A stretch of 64,000 nt of DNA from NCBI GenBank assembly GCA_013115125.1, contig JABANN010000102.1, positions 1 to 64,000 on the forward strand, given 5' to 3'. The notes under the pieces are model-generated. The model made no database searches and was not told the origin of the DNA. It worked only from the letters and a program-made list of their open reading frames with translations. Positions 49,458 through 62,250 of this stretch are shown piece after piece. A program made the position numbers and the translations under genes. Numbering within the stretch: position 1 is the stretch's first letter; every line of letters begins with the position of its first letter. Source of the DNA: Perkinsus olseni. Lineage: Eukaryota.

Positions 49458-52400
49458 ATGTCTAACGAGTCCTGGCAACATCGATGGGCGGGATGCATGA
49501 CTGAGCTCCTCGAACAGATCCATGTGGAGCATCTGCCAGCGAACACTCGTGAAAATGGAGAGGTGAGTGTATCTTCCGCACGGCGAAGAATTAATTCCAT
49601 GAACGGCAGGCTGCTACTCTAGTCACAGTCAGCGATCACTAGTGTGGAATGAGGAATCTTGTTGCCCATTTGTGACACGCTTCGACATATGATATTTCCT
49701 GCAGGCTCTCGATATAGGGTTCCAGCCCTTCGCCCTGGTGTACATCAAGTACCTTCATATTTGCAGTAACCTCGAGGAGATCTACGACCAAATGATACAT
49801 CCGCAAAAACGGAAATTTATTCGCCGGGTGAGAAGTGCATAGAAGGTCGAGCGAGGCATTCGCGGAAGACAAGATACTCTCTGGTTTCATATTTCCCTCA
49901 TGCATGCTGTTGTCATACCACTCCATTCGCAACTCCTCAGGTCATGGAATCGATAATCCTCAGAGTACTCGAGCTCAAAGAGCAATTGATTTTCTTCAAC
50001 CCCCGCCATAAGAATCGCTTCATCGCACTGGACGAAGTAAGATTCCCTAGGAAGCATATCCCGGTCCCCATCTCCCGCCAGATCCTGGCAGACCTCAAGT
50101 TGAGCCCCGCCGTCCTGGACTGGCGATTTCCGCGATGCTTCACCGCTGACACGCACCTAGCAGACTGGCTGGAGATCCGCAACAAGCGCATACAGCACTG
50201 GCAAAAGACGTTCAACCTAAGCCGAACGCTAGACGACCTCGACGACCATACAGACCCCTTCCATGTCGGTCTGCTGCTGACGGATGGTGGTGATGGTGGT
50301 GACTTTAGATACCATTTACATTGGACCAGGCGATAAGGTTGATACAGCGGAACGAGCGAGGAAGGGCAGGCATTCAGAAGGCGATGATGATTGCTAACTG
50401 GCGGAGGGAAGCTGAGAGGTGGGCTACTGTGCTGCTCGAGTAGAAGCCTGTATGAAATACAAGGGGTAGCAGATTTCTGAGGTGCAGCATTGCGAGGACT
50501 GCTCGGAATTATGGGAAATTGTCGGTGGATTTTTGGTATAGCATCTTGTCTTTCACTCAACTACGTTCCCCCATGGCTTTTCAGTGGAAAGTTAGATCCT
50601 GCGGCGTCTCTCTTTCCGTGTGAGCGTAAAATAACACTTCAACTCGCTTATCACCAATAAGTAATTAGTGGATAATTATTAACCCTCACTATCATCATTC
50701 TCATGGCTTCATTATTATTTCTATCTTCCTATATATGGTGTCATACTTTGAATCATCCTTCGTCCTCTCGCAGGAGAGAAAGACGACTCGCCGAGGGAGT
50801 AAACTTCGCAGACCTTGACGATGACGTACCACTCCTCGCCATAATCACCCTGCTACCGCCATTTCCTCAGTCTGAAGAGTTGCTAGCAGCCCAGCGGGCG
50901 GCGGTATCGAAGATAGCAGCGTCATGGACGAGGAAATCGGCCATCAGGGTGAGCTGGTCGAAGCCCCTCGACCCTCGCCACCCCTCTGTACTCTCAGTGC
51001 GTTCAACGCATGAAACAAGAAGAGTACATCTTCCTCGGTATGCTGCCGCCAGTCGAGAAGCCCCCTGTGGACCAGGTAACAGTTGCCGCCTCTTTGGCTC
51101 GTGAACCCCTCCCTTAGATTGCGCTTGCCGAGGAGATCAGAGTACAGCGGCGACAGTCCCAGATGGAGGCGAGCAGTGATTACGATAAGGCTTTGGACGA
51201 TGAGCTTGCGTGGCCGCGGAAAATCAAGGTGAGGGGGTATCATTCGAAGATGCGCTTCTTTGATATCAATAATCGGGGGTGGTTGGTGAATTTTCCATTT
51301 CCGCCAGGGTCCCGATCTCCATAAAGAGATGCTCGACGAGCGACGCGAATGGATTCTTGAAGTTCGGAAACAAACAGGAGCCTTCCCCGCAAACCTCGAA
51401 GCCTTCTACACGCGATTCGTCGACCAACCAGAAGAGGTCAGGCTGGCTCGTGTGATCATGATAAAATCTGCCTGTCACAGACGGTTGAAGGTGAGGGCGA
51501 TGGAGGGAAGCAGAGCAAGGATGGCAAGAAAGCGTCCGATAAAAAGGTGGGCTCATTCACCCTTTCGTTGTAGTAGATGTAGTTGTTGAACATCAGTAGA
51601 CTGAGCTCGTAGTGAACGAGAGGGAGCAGATAGAAAGTAGGGTAGTTGAGAGAATGAGTTCCTAATGCGAAGCTAGCATGAGCACACCCGATTGCGCTAC
51701 GTAGACTGTGCAGTGGAGAGTATCCAAAAAAAACAGCTGGCCAGTTCCTGCCGAGATAAGGTCGATTCAGAAAGTTGCGTTGAACTCACACTGGCGAATC
51801 TTGAATAGTTGTTCGATGAGGAACTACCGACAGATCGGTGGCAATGAAAACCTCCAGCTGAGGGAACGAAAGAGGCACTCCTTTGCAGGGCGGCGATAAG
51901 AAGGCGTCCAAGACTGTTGCGGAACCCGAACCAGAGAATACGCACGACGTCGGCACCTCGGCGGTGTGTCTTAGGCCATGATCAACCTAAGATACCTTTC
52001 CTAGTCAGGTGGTCCAAAGTCTGGTCGAACAGCTAAAGGAATACGCTGCCACCTGGGAAACCATGGATGAGTCAAAAAATGTCGACCAACGTCATGACGT
52101 GCAGGTGGCATCGGACTTTTCTGGGGAAATCTTGCAAGCTTGCTCTTTGTCAGCTTGTCCGGGACAAAGTGTTCCCTGTCGTCGAACGGGAAATACAGAA
52201 CTCAGTAGACGAGTTGATGCGGGAGGAGCTGGCGAACTTGAAAGTGGGGCTACGGATCGTCACGAGACCTCATCGGGCCTCTTCAGAATATGTACGAAAA
52301 AGCGAAAAAGAAGAAGGAAAAGAAGGGCAAAAAAGGCAAAGGTTCGACCGGTTGCGCTGAAAGCTCTCGGAGCATCTGTGATGCAGGAAAAAAGGAGAAA

Positions 52401-54709
52401 AAAGGGAAAGTGAAGAAGTGGTGCGCAGCGGTTGGTATGGTAACGCACAGAGAAGATTGCCTACCGGAACTAGTCCAAGATGTAAGGCATCGTCCACATT
52501 AAACTCTGCGATAATCATAAGCCTTCTCGCGACAGGGCGGGGTTCACTACGCCAGATGTCTCGATCGGAAAAACTTTTAAACCCCGGAAATATGTTTGTT
52601 GCTTCGAAAAAAATCGAGGAAAAAATTGTTGGGAAGTTTCGGCCCGAAAAAAGTCGTCATGAGTGTTGGTTGTCACGCTCCTTCACACTCTTCCTCGCCG
52701 CTTCTCTCCTGACCAGACGACAGTAAATCGTCCCCCTCCTCATACCAGTCGACCTCCATTGCCAATCAAAACCCTATTCCCCTGTTAGGGTCTGGTGAAG
52801 TGCGTCGCCCCAGCCCGTCTGAAGGACTACATCGGCGAGTTCGGTTACCTCGGGGCCGCCCGACGAGTCTGTCTGCCAGCCTGTCCACCACCCAGCGCTC
52901 AGATGGTGGGAAACAGTGGGCAGCCATCACTGGTCATCATCATCTGGCAGGTGAAATCGTTGATAGTCGAGCATGTGGCCCTCCCTCTGGCTTCAACCAC
53001 CATCCGACAGCAGTGCAACTTAGCGGCGAGGTCAATACTATTGTAAGGATGCTTTCTACCGCACGCGGAAGAATCCTGCGGTCGAGATACTGATCCATCC
53101 CCCTTACCAGAATTTCGCGGCGCGCGGTCAATTCCCCTACTGCCAGGTACGGCCCGAAAGGCTGTGGGAAGTCTCTGCTTGCTCGAATTATTGCCACTGA
53201 GGCGGGTGCCACCTTCATCGACATATCACCGAAAAAGATCGAGGGGAAATACACCCAAGTCGGAGTGGCATCGCCCTCAGCGATGATTAAGTCTTCATCT
53301 GTCAGCCTAAGGTTGGCCCGGCGCTGCTGATCTACAAAGCCTTCCTCGTGGCCCAGGACAACGCTCCGGCTGTGATCTACTGTGACGAGATCCATCAAGT
53401 TGGTGGAAGCTGCTGGTGACTGGAGGCGGAGGGGTGTCTTGCAGGTGTTCCAAGCGGTGAAGAAAGGGAAGAAAAAAGGAAAGGGAGCGGCCTCGACGGC
53501 GGAGGGAGGCGGAGCTGATGAGGCCTCTCAGAGTGGGGAATCTTAGCTTGACTCTGGTTCTACTCGGATGAGGTCAGATGAACCCCCGAGCCGTATCAAG
53601 AAAGATTTCATCGCAGCTATTAAGCAGATCAAGACCGGCCCCGACAGCACCGACCAAGATCGGATTGTGTTCATCGGGTGTAAGGCGAAAATACACGCCA
53701 GGAGTTGCCGAAATTATGGTACCAACAATACTTGATAAATCGCTAATATTGTTTGGATTCGTTACAGAATATTAGATTTCTAATTATCGATCCGCGCTGG
53801 GCCGAATCGCTGTAGGTGAGCTACCGAAAATTCCTGTCTCTAAAACGTCCCGGAAGTCCACACGAGAAGCGCAACATTACCAACTATCACTAGTAATATA
53901 TCCGTAAAATTAACATAAAATTAGACGAAATAATTACTTCAATGATCATGGATGAACTTCTGATATTTCTAATACCTGATAACCATTAAATCACATGTCT
54001 ATCATCTGGTATCGAACCAACTTTACCGTTGATCGATCATTGCCTGCGACTGGAGGTACCTCAAATCCCTTTGGAGAAAGTATTGACACGAAAGAACTGC
54101 TGGCGGCATTTGATGAGAAGGTCTGGATATCCACGCCCGACTTCGGTACAAGAATTATACTGTGGAGGAGTTTTATGGAAGAGAAGGGAGTGGGCAACGG
54201 AGGGCTGACGAAGGGAGCCTGCAGTGCTGCTCCTGGTGACAGGTACCGTCGCAAGTGACGACCAGTGGCAGTCTGAACCTCCCCAGTTTGGCACATCTAA
54301 GTGAGGGGTACACCACAAGGTCCATCAAGCAGGCTGTGGATCGGGTAGGGAGGTCAGGCAGTGGAAAAACCGTGGATTAAATCTCCTTAGGTTTTGTCGA
54401 ATCGGCGCTTGTCGAGGTTAAAGCAGCGGCCACTGGTGAGTACTGATGGCGGTGTCGAGGGACATGGCCCTTCAGACACTTCATGAGTTTATTGAACCGC
54501 TTTCCCGGTGTCATTACTCCTGGAAAGAAGAATACAAAAAGTTTCAAGAATTTGATTATGAAGCTTCCGGCGACAAGGCGCGGAACCTGCAGATGCAGGA
54601 AGAGGTCGACTACAGTACTTCACAAAATAAAAGATACGATTCTCATTTTTAGACCAAGAAACTGGAGGCCTCTGCTGAAGCCGAAAAGGGTGATAAAAAG
54701 AAGAAATAA
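49458..54709 (+). CDS. IQCA1: IQ and AAA domain-containing protein (dynein regulatory complex protein 11), multi-exon
   Basis: NLEEIYDQMIHPQKRK, lysine-rich KKGKKG stretches, Walker A YGPKGCGKS, Walker B VIYCDE, FDEKVWISTPDFGTRIILW, and the end AEKGDKKKK*. Confidence 0.9.
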
Positions 54710-55179
54710 TGAAGTCATGATCAGTGGCAATGCCTGTGATGACGTTGTTGGACTCGAATAGTATATTGGGTTGATGAGTGGTCATGGCAGACAGTAGGAT
54801 ACGCGGTTGACGGATAAACAGCATCTCTGGGATGTTTCCGAGTTTGAGTATAAATGCCCTCATCCGATGTGTGCATGAAACCCCCATCCATGAGCCGGGT
54901 AAAGGCTTTTAACACACTCACGAAAAGTTGATAAGATTCACATCAACATCAGTACGAAGATGAAAGAATGGAAAACTGGTGGTTTTGAGGTAACGTCGCT
55001 CGAAGAAAATGATACCGGGCAAAGGAAGCTTACAAAAGCGACATTACACGGGTACGTAGGGGTCTCCGCATGAGAGCATCATCTCCAGGAGAGTAGCGCG
55101 ACTCCCCTTTCCAGAGCCCAATGACGATGTAAGAACGAGGGACGCTGCTCGAACTGATAACACGACACTTAGTGAACTG

Positions 55180-56619
55180 TTAAGAACCTTCTTTATACCG
55201 GATAATCAAATCTACAAGTTGCGATACATCGGTGAAACAGTCGGGGTCGAGTGCAGAGAGATGGTCAATGTCAAGCAGCAAAGATTCCGAGCCTGTGTCT
55301 TGATCTGGGGGGCCGAGCTAACAACAACAGAGTATGAAACGAAGGGTGAAAGAATACACTTACCGGCTTCAATGCTGCCGTTTTACGGGTGCGCATGAAC
55401 TCAACGACCAAGGCCAATTCTCGAGGTGACAAGGAACTGTGAAGTCTCCACCCAAGGCGTATCTTGGCCGCGTGTCTGAGAAGACAGAGGTTTCAAGGGC
55501 GATACTATCGAACCAGTTTATTCAGTATACTGAATGGTCATGATCAGCAAAGGCGACCTTACAATCCATCGACGGCTGCCTTGTCCATCGGAGGGAGTAC
55601 AGCAGGCGCCTCCGCCGCGAAGGGCTCGTCTTTGACATCAACTCGAGTGGACGGCGCCCACCTCGAGTTCTCAGCCGCCGTAAGACTCGACCGTCTGCTG
55701 CTTCTCGACTGCTTTCCTTCCGATAAGTGGCTCCTGATGATGATAAACACCGTGACTGGACATGAGGGGGATTTGGGGGTTCGTAGGCGTGTAAAATGAG
55801 AAGGGGAGGAATGTCGATATGAAAGGATGCTCGTCATGGGTCGTAACAGACGGCAGGAGACCGCCGAAGAGGGAGATCGTTGGTGCGAAAGCAACTTCTA
55901 CAATACTCTTACCAAGGGCTCGCGTGGAAAGGGCCGAGGACTGCAATAGGAGGTCTAGAATGATTTCTATATTTTCACATATTTATATTCGCATTTTTTT
56001 GTTACTTCAAAAAATTTACGTACAACTTTTTATTGATATTATGACTTCAAGCGGTGGCGATGAGGTCCGGGATACCTAACGCAGTATGAAGATTCTCTTA
56101 CGCTTTCCGTTTCTTTCTGGTGTGTCCCGCGACCGAAGATGCACACAAACTCTGACAGTAAGAACGCATCTTTGTAGCCATCTTGTATCTGGCATATGAA
56201 AGGTTAACCTGTAACAACCCAGCTTCGACCTAAGATACCACTGCCAACTCACATATAGGATCCCGGACGATTGAAGAGATGACAGTTATCCCAGATGAGA
56301 TTGAGATCGTCCTCGAACTCGCCAAAGTCGGCATACGCGTCATCGCCATCTTCCTCGACTTTCGCGAGTACCGTACCTTCCCCAACTCGTGGCCAACGCA
56401 TACCAAAATCAACTCACCCAGATCCATCGGCCTCTTAACAATAAGGGGGTAATCATGCAGCCCCGGCAAGTTCTTCCAATCGACGGGTTGTAGGAACTCC
56501 CCGGCGCAGTTGTGCTCTCGAGCCTTTTTCAGAATTCGTTTCGCTTCATCAGCGCTGAAGGGCGTGTCCGAATGTCGATGGTGATGGTGACTTCGAGGGG
56601 AGGATGACGACGATGGCAT
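55180..56619 (-). CDS. Single bromodomain plus ET-like domain protein (BET/GTE-like), multi-exon
   Basis: FLQPVDW...DYPLIVKRPMDLGTV...DLNLIWDNCHLFN (conserved Asn). C-terminal LSPRELALVVEFMR...LLLDIDHL is ET-like. Confidence 0.85.
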
Positions 56620-56726
56620 CTTTCTGACACCTCTAGATCAACTCTTTCCCTCCATTATCGACTCAACATCAAGTAGTATCCACGACGACAAAATATCTTA
56701 ACAATCATGCGCGCACAGCGAAGATT

Positions 56727-59700
56727 TCATCTTCCGGACGCTGCAGAGGGGGGCGTGGACGGGTTTGTGAGGACCCTTATCACATGAGTAGGAGGGACTT
56801 GCAGTTCTTGATTGACCTCACTGCCAAGATACTTATCCAAGGCTCCTTTCAACTGCAAACAACGACAGCATATAAAAGATACCACCAACGACTGAGTCGT
56901 CACCTCATGATTTTCCCGTTCGATAATGATGCACTTTTGTACGGCTGCCGCTCGTCTGTTTAAAAGCTTATACTGCCTGTTAAGGCAACTCTCAACCGCG
57001 GCGTGAAGGCGCACGCTCATCGACGGCAAAGCATGCCCGATCCGCTCCCAAAACCTGTCAGGTAGAGAGAATCCAGCTGTCTCTCTGAAAGTTGTGAGGG
57101 TTCACTTTCGCTCTTCTTTTCGTCTCCGGGCTGCCTTTTCCGCGTCCGTTTTCTCTCCACCTTTGCGATTCTTTTTCTTCCTGAATCCGTAATACGCCAT
57201 GATCGACCAAAGATACCACTGAAGTATCCCTACTTATCAGGAGCGACATCGGCCAGTCTAAGATTCTCTTTTTCCACTATAAATTCTGTTATCAAACTGA
57301 GCACGTCGTCCGCTTCCACCAGCCACGTCTCGTCATCTTCATCTTGGCCTCGGAAAAATTGCGAGACCAGCAGATCCACATCTCGCTGATCTTCGCACCC
57401 GGTGGCACGAAGTATCGCGTCAATCTGATGACACAAAGGGGCTGTTGCGTCTGAGAAATCCCCAGAAGCTCCCGAAGTCCAATTGGGAGCAACTCACGGT
57501 CATCCTCATCACGCCCACTCCGACGACATTGACAGCGGAGCGTGAGTAGATAATCACAGCCGGAACTCATCATCAACGAAATTCAAATCTCGCTACTCCT
57601 GCAGGGGTTGAACCCCCTTCTGGCAAATACTATCACTACGTGTACCATCCAAGGGAGCTGAGAGCCGCTACTAGCGACCCTGGTATTACCTCAACCACTG
57701 CCCTGTGTTCGGGTGGGAGGTCGCGGCATTGATCCTTCACGGAGATGTCCAACAGGAAGCCTGCCTCGTTCCTTATCCAGTCCATAACCGCTTTCACTTT
57801 GCTACCCTACAACAACATCAACAACCGCTCAACGACCAGAGACATGGCGCCCGGAGGAGATCTTCATACTCAAACGACAGAAAAGCGCATCTTTACAAAT
57901 TTCATCCTGGCATTAGTTAAGTTGTTTGGATACCACCAGCTTCAACCTACCGAGAATCTCCCTCCTGCTGATCCGGAAGTATGTCCACTCTCGCTGCTGA
58001 CGATCGCCGTGGATGACTTCCCCGTAACCGTGCCGGCCTCGCTCATCACTTCTATTTCCTGCTGGATCTGGTCCAGGCTCGGCGCCGTCCACGCTAACCC
58101 GAGCAGCTGATGAAAAAACAACAAAATCTCCAGGATTTTTTCCGAAAACACCAACTTTCCTTCCGAAAATCCGCGTCTCACTACCGCCTCTAGCGCTCGC
58201 CCCACTGATCGATTTCCCTCAATACCTGTTCGTGTATGATTCTATCACCATCCAATACCTTCTCCACGAGACCTCGAACCTCTGTCTCGTTATTGGCCCA
58301 GACATCGGAAATTTTTTTCTGATCTTGTTCTTCAAACCTCCTTGTTTTCTCCAGCACGTGTCGATACTGTTGCATCAGTCGGGCCAATTCTTCCGTTAAA
58401 TTGCCGTTGTCCTTGCGTGAGGTGGTCTCCATCTTGACGAACCTAGCAGACGAATCGAAGCTTCCTCGTACCACACCTCCACCGAATCACTGAACGGTTG
58501 ATTTTCAAAAAGACAATACTCTCCAAAGACGTATACAAACCGCGAGTGGAAATGTGTTTTTTCCAGATCTAGTCAGATTACTTGCCCAAATTTTTGAGAT
58601 TTTCCCAATTTTTCCCTTAATTTTACGTTCCTGCGATTTTTTCCCATCATCAGCATGATTTCAATCTCTAACATATTCACGTCCGGTGACCCGATAGCAT
58701 CCCCGAGCGAGGGTATCTTAGGTTGATGATGGGAAGATTTACTTGTCTGAGATTCTCTGTTTAGCATCTCGCAACTTGCTCAGCTTGACCTTATAACTCG
58801 CTTCTATCGCGCTATGTTCTTTATTTCGCTCCGCTAAAACCTGAACAAAAGCGTTGAGGAAATGCAAGAGACAGCAAGATAGCAAGATGGTCTACCTGTA
58901 GATTGTAATCTAGTTTCTCCTTATTCAACTGGTAAGTGGCCATAGTCCGTTCCAAGTGCTGCTCCAACTCGTGTATGGACCCCTCTAGCGACATCTTTAC
59001 TTTGTTAAATTCATCCAAGTCCTGAGGGAGTGCCACAAAGAGGAGATTGAACCGTTCCGAGAATAGCAGGAAATCTTATCCATTCATCACAAAAAAGAAA
59101 TAAAAACTAACGGAGAGTTTCCTACGTGGATAGTGAAACGGTTAGTAGACTTCAGCGGTAGCAGAAAATTATTTTTTTGAGAAAAAACGCAAAACAGCTG
59201 AAAAACGGGAAGTTCTCCACTGGGAAATGCAAAATCATTCGATCATCCCACCTGAATCATGTACGATGTAATAAGGATACGAAAGAGGCTCGAGGTTGAA
59301 CTAAATCTTTACGCAAATCACTTCTCCTGTGAAAACGTCGTGCACAGTTGAAAAAAGTTAAGAGAACACTTGCGGAAAATACACGATGGCCATGCAAAAA
59401 TACAAAATCCTTCCACTGGGGTACCCCACGGACTACGAGAAATGTATGAAAAATACCGTAGCTGACCCGAAGTAAATATGCAGGAATTCTCCGATTCCTG
59501 CCAGCTCCGTACGACACACTGAACGCCGTCTAATAGCTGCTTTAGGGTAAATTTTCAGGAGTTGAAATTTTGCCAAAAAATTTTCTCAAATTCGGGAAAA
59601 AATTATTTATTTCAGCACCAAAAAATCCAATATTCTCACCCGATGGCACAAGTCTTCGTTTTTCTGGTGAAATTGCTTCTCCCGCTCCTGCCGCTGCTCA

Positions 59701-61366
59701 AGGAACTCACTCTCTTCCCTCTGACAACATCACCCAACCTACTTCGTATCTTTCAAGGTTCAACCTAAGATACTACCTGCCTCCGCTGCTCGAAAAGAGC
59801 ATCTAGCTCCTTCTTTTGCTCAGCTAACAGGTCAGCTCGGTCCTTTTGAAGATACTCCTCAAAAAATTTCAACTGCCCTCTGTGAACCTCCCGCTGCCGT
59901 CGGACGTTTTCTGTTATCAACTTCGTCATTTTACGAACCTACTAGCGTCACTCGCCACGAAATTGATCATCGCATCGGGAAATTGTTCGATATCTAATCA
60001 TCTTCACGTACTGCGCAAAGGATATCATAGTGAGGCATTTCGGCCCGAGCAGGGCATTGCATTTTATGCTACTTTCCCAGCATCAACCTCTTTTCAACTC
60101 TCCCTCGCTTTATCTATTACATCCTCTTCCGCCCTTTTCATAGCTTTCACAAACGTGAAATTTTTTTCCTCCAATTCCGCCAAAAATTCTCGAATTCGTC
60201 GGTCCTAAAAACAGAACGCGTTGAGCATAATTTCGTGGCGCGTGAGAAACTCACTTTAGAATCGATAATAGCTTGACATGATATCGTCTGCGTCTCCAAC
60301 TCCTTTGCCAACTCCTAAGACAAAGGTCCCAGGTTCGATCCCCGGCGCCGACATCTAATATTATATCACCTGGGCTATATTTATTCGTGCCAAATCGGAC
60401 CACTTCATTTCAACTGCGGCATTTTTCCTATTGGACGTGATCGCTTCGATCTGTAGGGTTTCGTACCTGGAGACAGAAAAAGCGTACCAAATTAGTATCT
60501 ATAAGACCGTTCTTCCCCCAATATTTATACTATCCGCCTTCATAATCAAACTCTGGCGCTTCTAGTGCGCGGGAAAAAATCAAAGGAAAACGAGAAAATA
60601 AAAGAAAGAAACCGCAAAAAAATCCAAATTTAGAAGAAAATTCAACCAACAGCAACGCTGGTCGCTCCGTCCGCTGCAGTTTGACGGTTCACCCCTTGGT
60701 GAAACAATCATCTACGCGTTCACTGATGGTCACGGGTTCGATTCCCCCCAAGGGCACTTATTACCTATCCAAGCGGGCATTCTCATCCTGTATCCTCCTA
60801 CCATTCTCAGCATCATCAGCATCCACTTTTATGTTAGTAATTTCGTCGATCAAATCCGCATCCGATCGGGCAGCAATTGCGATGGCCTTATCCATTACAA
60901 GTTGAAAGTAATATAACGCAAGGCGGATAGTAGATCGGGCGCGGTATTTTGCACGCGCCGCGAAATTACGCGCGCGCCCACGGTGAGCTGGCGTCGGGAG
61001 ATTTCGAATACCCAAAATCCAAGGGGAAGGTGCCAAAGCCAAGGAGGCACTTTCGGGGATCTAGTTGCGCTCGGCAATACTTTGGGTTTCTGGTGGGCCT
61101 GGGTAACAGTTCCGGGTTCGGGTTGCCCTGTCGGGTTTCGGGAGGGGTTTCTGGTTTCCCGTTCCTGCCTTCACCCACAAATTGTGGGCCACAATTCCGG
61201 AACTTTTTCCGGAACTTTTTCTGTTGCCTTTGCCTCCCTGTCGAACGTGCTTCCTTGGATTTCGTACCTGTCCCGGAGATTTGGTACTTCACCTTTCGAT
61301 GATTATCAAACTTGATGTTTTTTCTCGGCTTGGACACATCGTAGCTTCCGACCGGTCCTCAGGCAT
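56727..61366 (-). CDS. DRC1: Dynein regulatory complex protein 1 (CCDC164), multi-exon; start codon uncertain
   Basis: EITNIKVDADDAENGRR, CQAIIDSKDRRI, MATYQLNKEKLDYNLQVL, VLDGDRIIHEQLLGLAW, and C-terminal LDKYLGSEVNQELQVPPT. Confidence 0.9.
60315..60353 (+). ncRNA. tRNA 3'-half relic filling most of a 55-nt DRC1 intron (antisense to the gene)
   Basis: ctaagacaaaggtcccaggttcgatccccggcgccgaca: variable loop AGGTC, T-arm GGTTCGATCC, acceptor-strand-like tail. Confidence 0.55.
60692..60756 (+). ncRNA. Degenerate tRNA-like element in a DRC1 intron (antisense to the gene)
   Basis: 7-bp closing stem cccttgg/ccaaggg, T-loop GGTTCGATTCC preceded by GGTC. D and anticodon arms are shortened or irregular. 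Confidence 0.5.
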
Positions 61367-62250
61367 TCCCAATTGGGTATCTCGAGTATATCTCGCTTGC
61401 AATTTATCGGTTGCGCTGCTTTAGGGACGAAGTTAGTTTTTATGGTTGACGAAGCCGTGGCTGGTACAATCTGCCGTCACAAAAGGGTATCATTCAGTCT
61501 CCGAAAAGTTTTCGATGTTCTTTCAGGTTGATTGTTAATTATGATAATTTCAAAATGGACGGCGGCTGTTGGACGGGTCTCCTTCGGGACTGTCCGTGTA
61601 TTGTCGCGCCGGGCTGTGGCGTCCGGGTTCAGTTCTATGGCTGCTGTTAGCGATGGTAGTAGTGAGATGTGGGCGATTTGCGGTATTAGTTAATTAGGGA
61701 ATACTGAGCATTTATGGCAGTGAGTATCTTACGTGAGGAACACCGTCTTCAACTTTCGAATAGCTATATCAGATGTTGCATAGTAACTCTTTTCTGCAAA
61801 TAGAAGAGAAGACAGTATAAGAGTATAAGAAGAAGCCACGAGCAGTTAACGTCCAATTATGAAGCTTCCGAATTGGAGCCGGAAAAATACCCGGGTGGAG
61901 AATTCTTGCTGAATTTCCAACGGTACATCTCTTTTTCGGCTGTAAACGGCGGTGTTACGGTAGTTGCGGTAAGCGGGGGGCGGTCCACAGTAGCTTGGGT
62001 AGGATTACATCTACGGCATCGGCCCAATTACAGCAGCTGGATGACCGCTGTAATTTCATGAGACCACAATTTCCGTTAATCGTGTCGATTGCGTCCGTCG
62101 CACGTCACTTCTGAGGAATCGCGAAGATGGGAATATCTTGGCCGCCAGGTGATAAGTAGTTATTCTTCTTCTTCTTCTTCTTGGAATGTGCTCTTTGTTG
62201 CCGATACCAAAAACTGCACAACTCGTGAGAGGAAATATCTTACCGTTGGA

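Noticed and set aside
56174-56184. Spliced-leader-like gtagccatctt
   Set aside because: It is the antisense of bromodomain-gene codons (YKMATK).
60692-60756. Functional tRNA gene
   Set aside because: Too short, with no proper D-arm or 7-nt anticodon loop. Kept only as a tRNA-like relic. No intact tRNA or rRNA gene was seen in the window.
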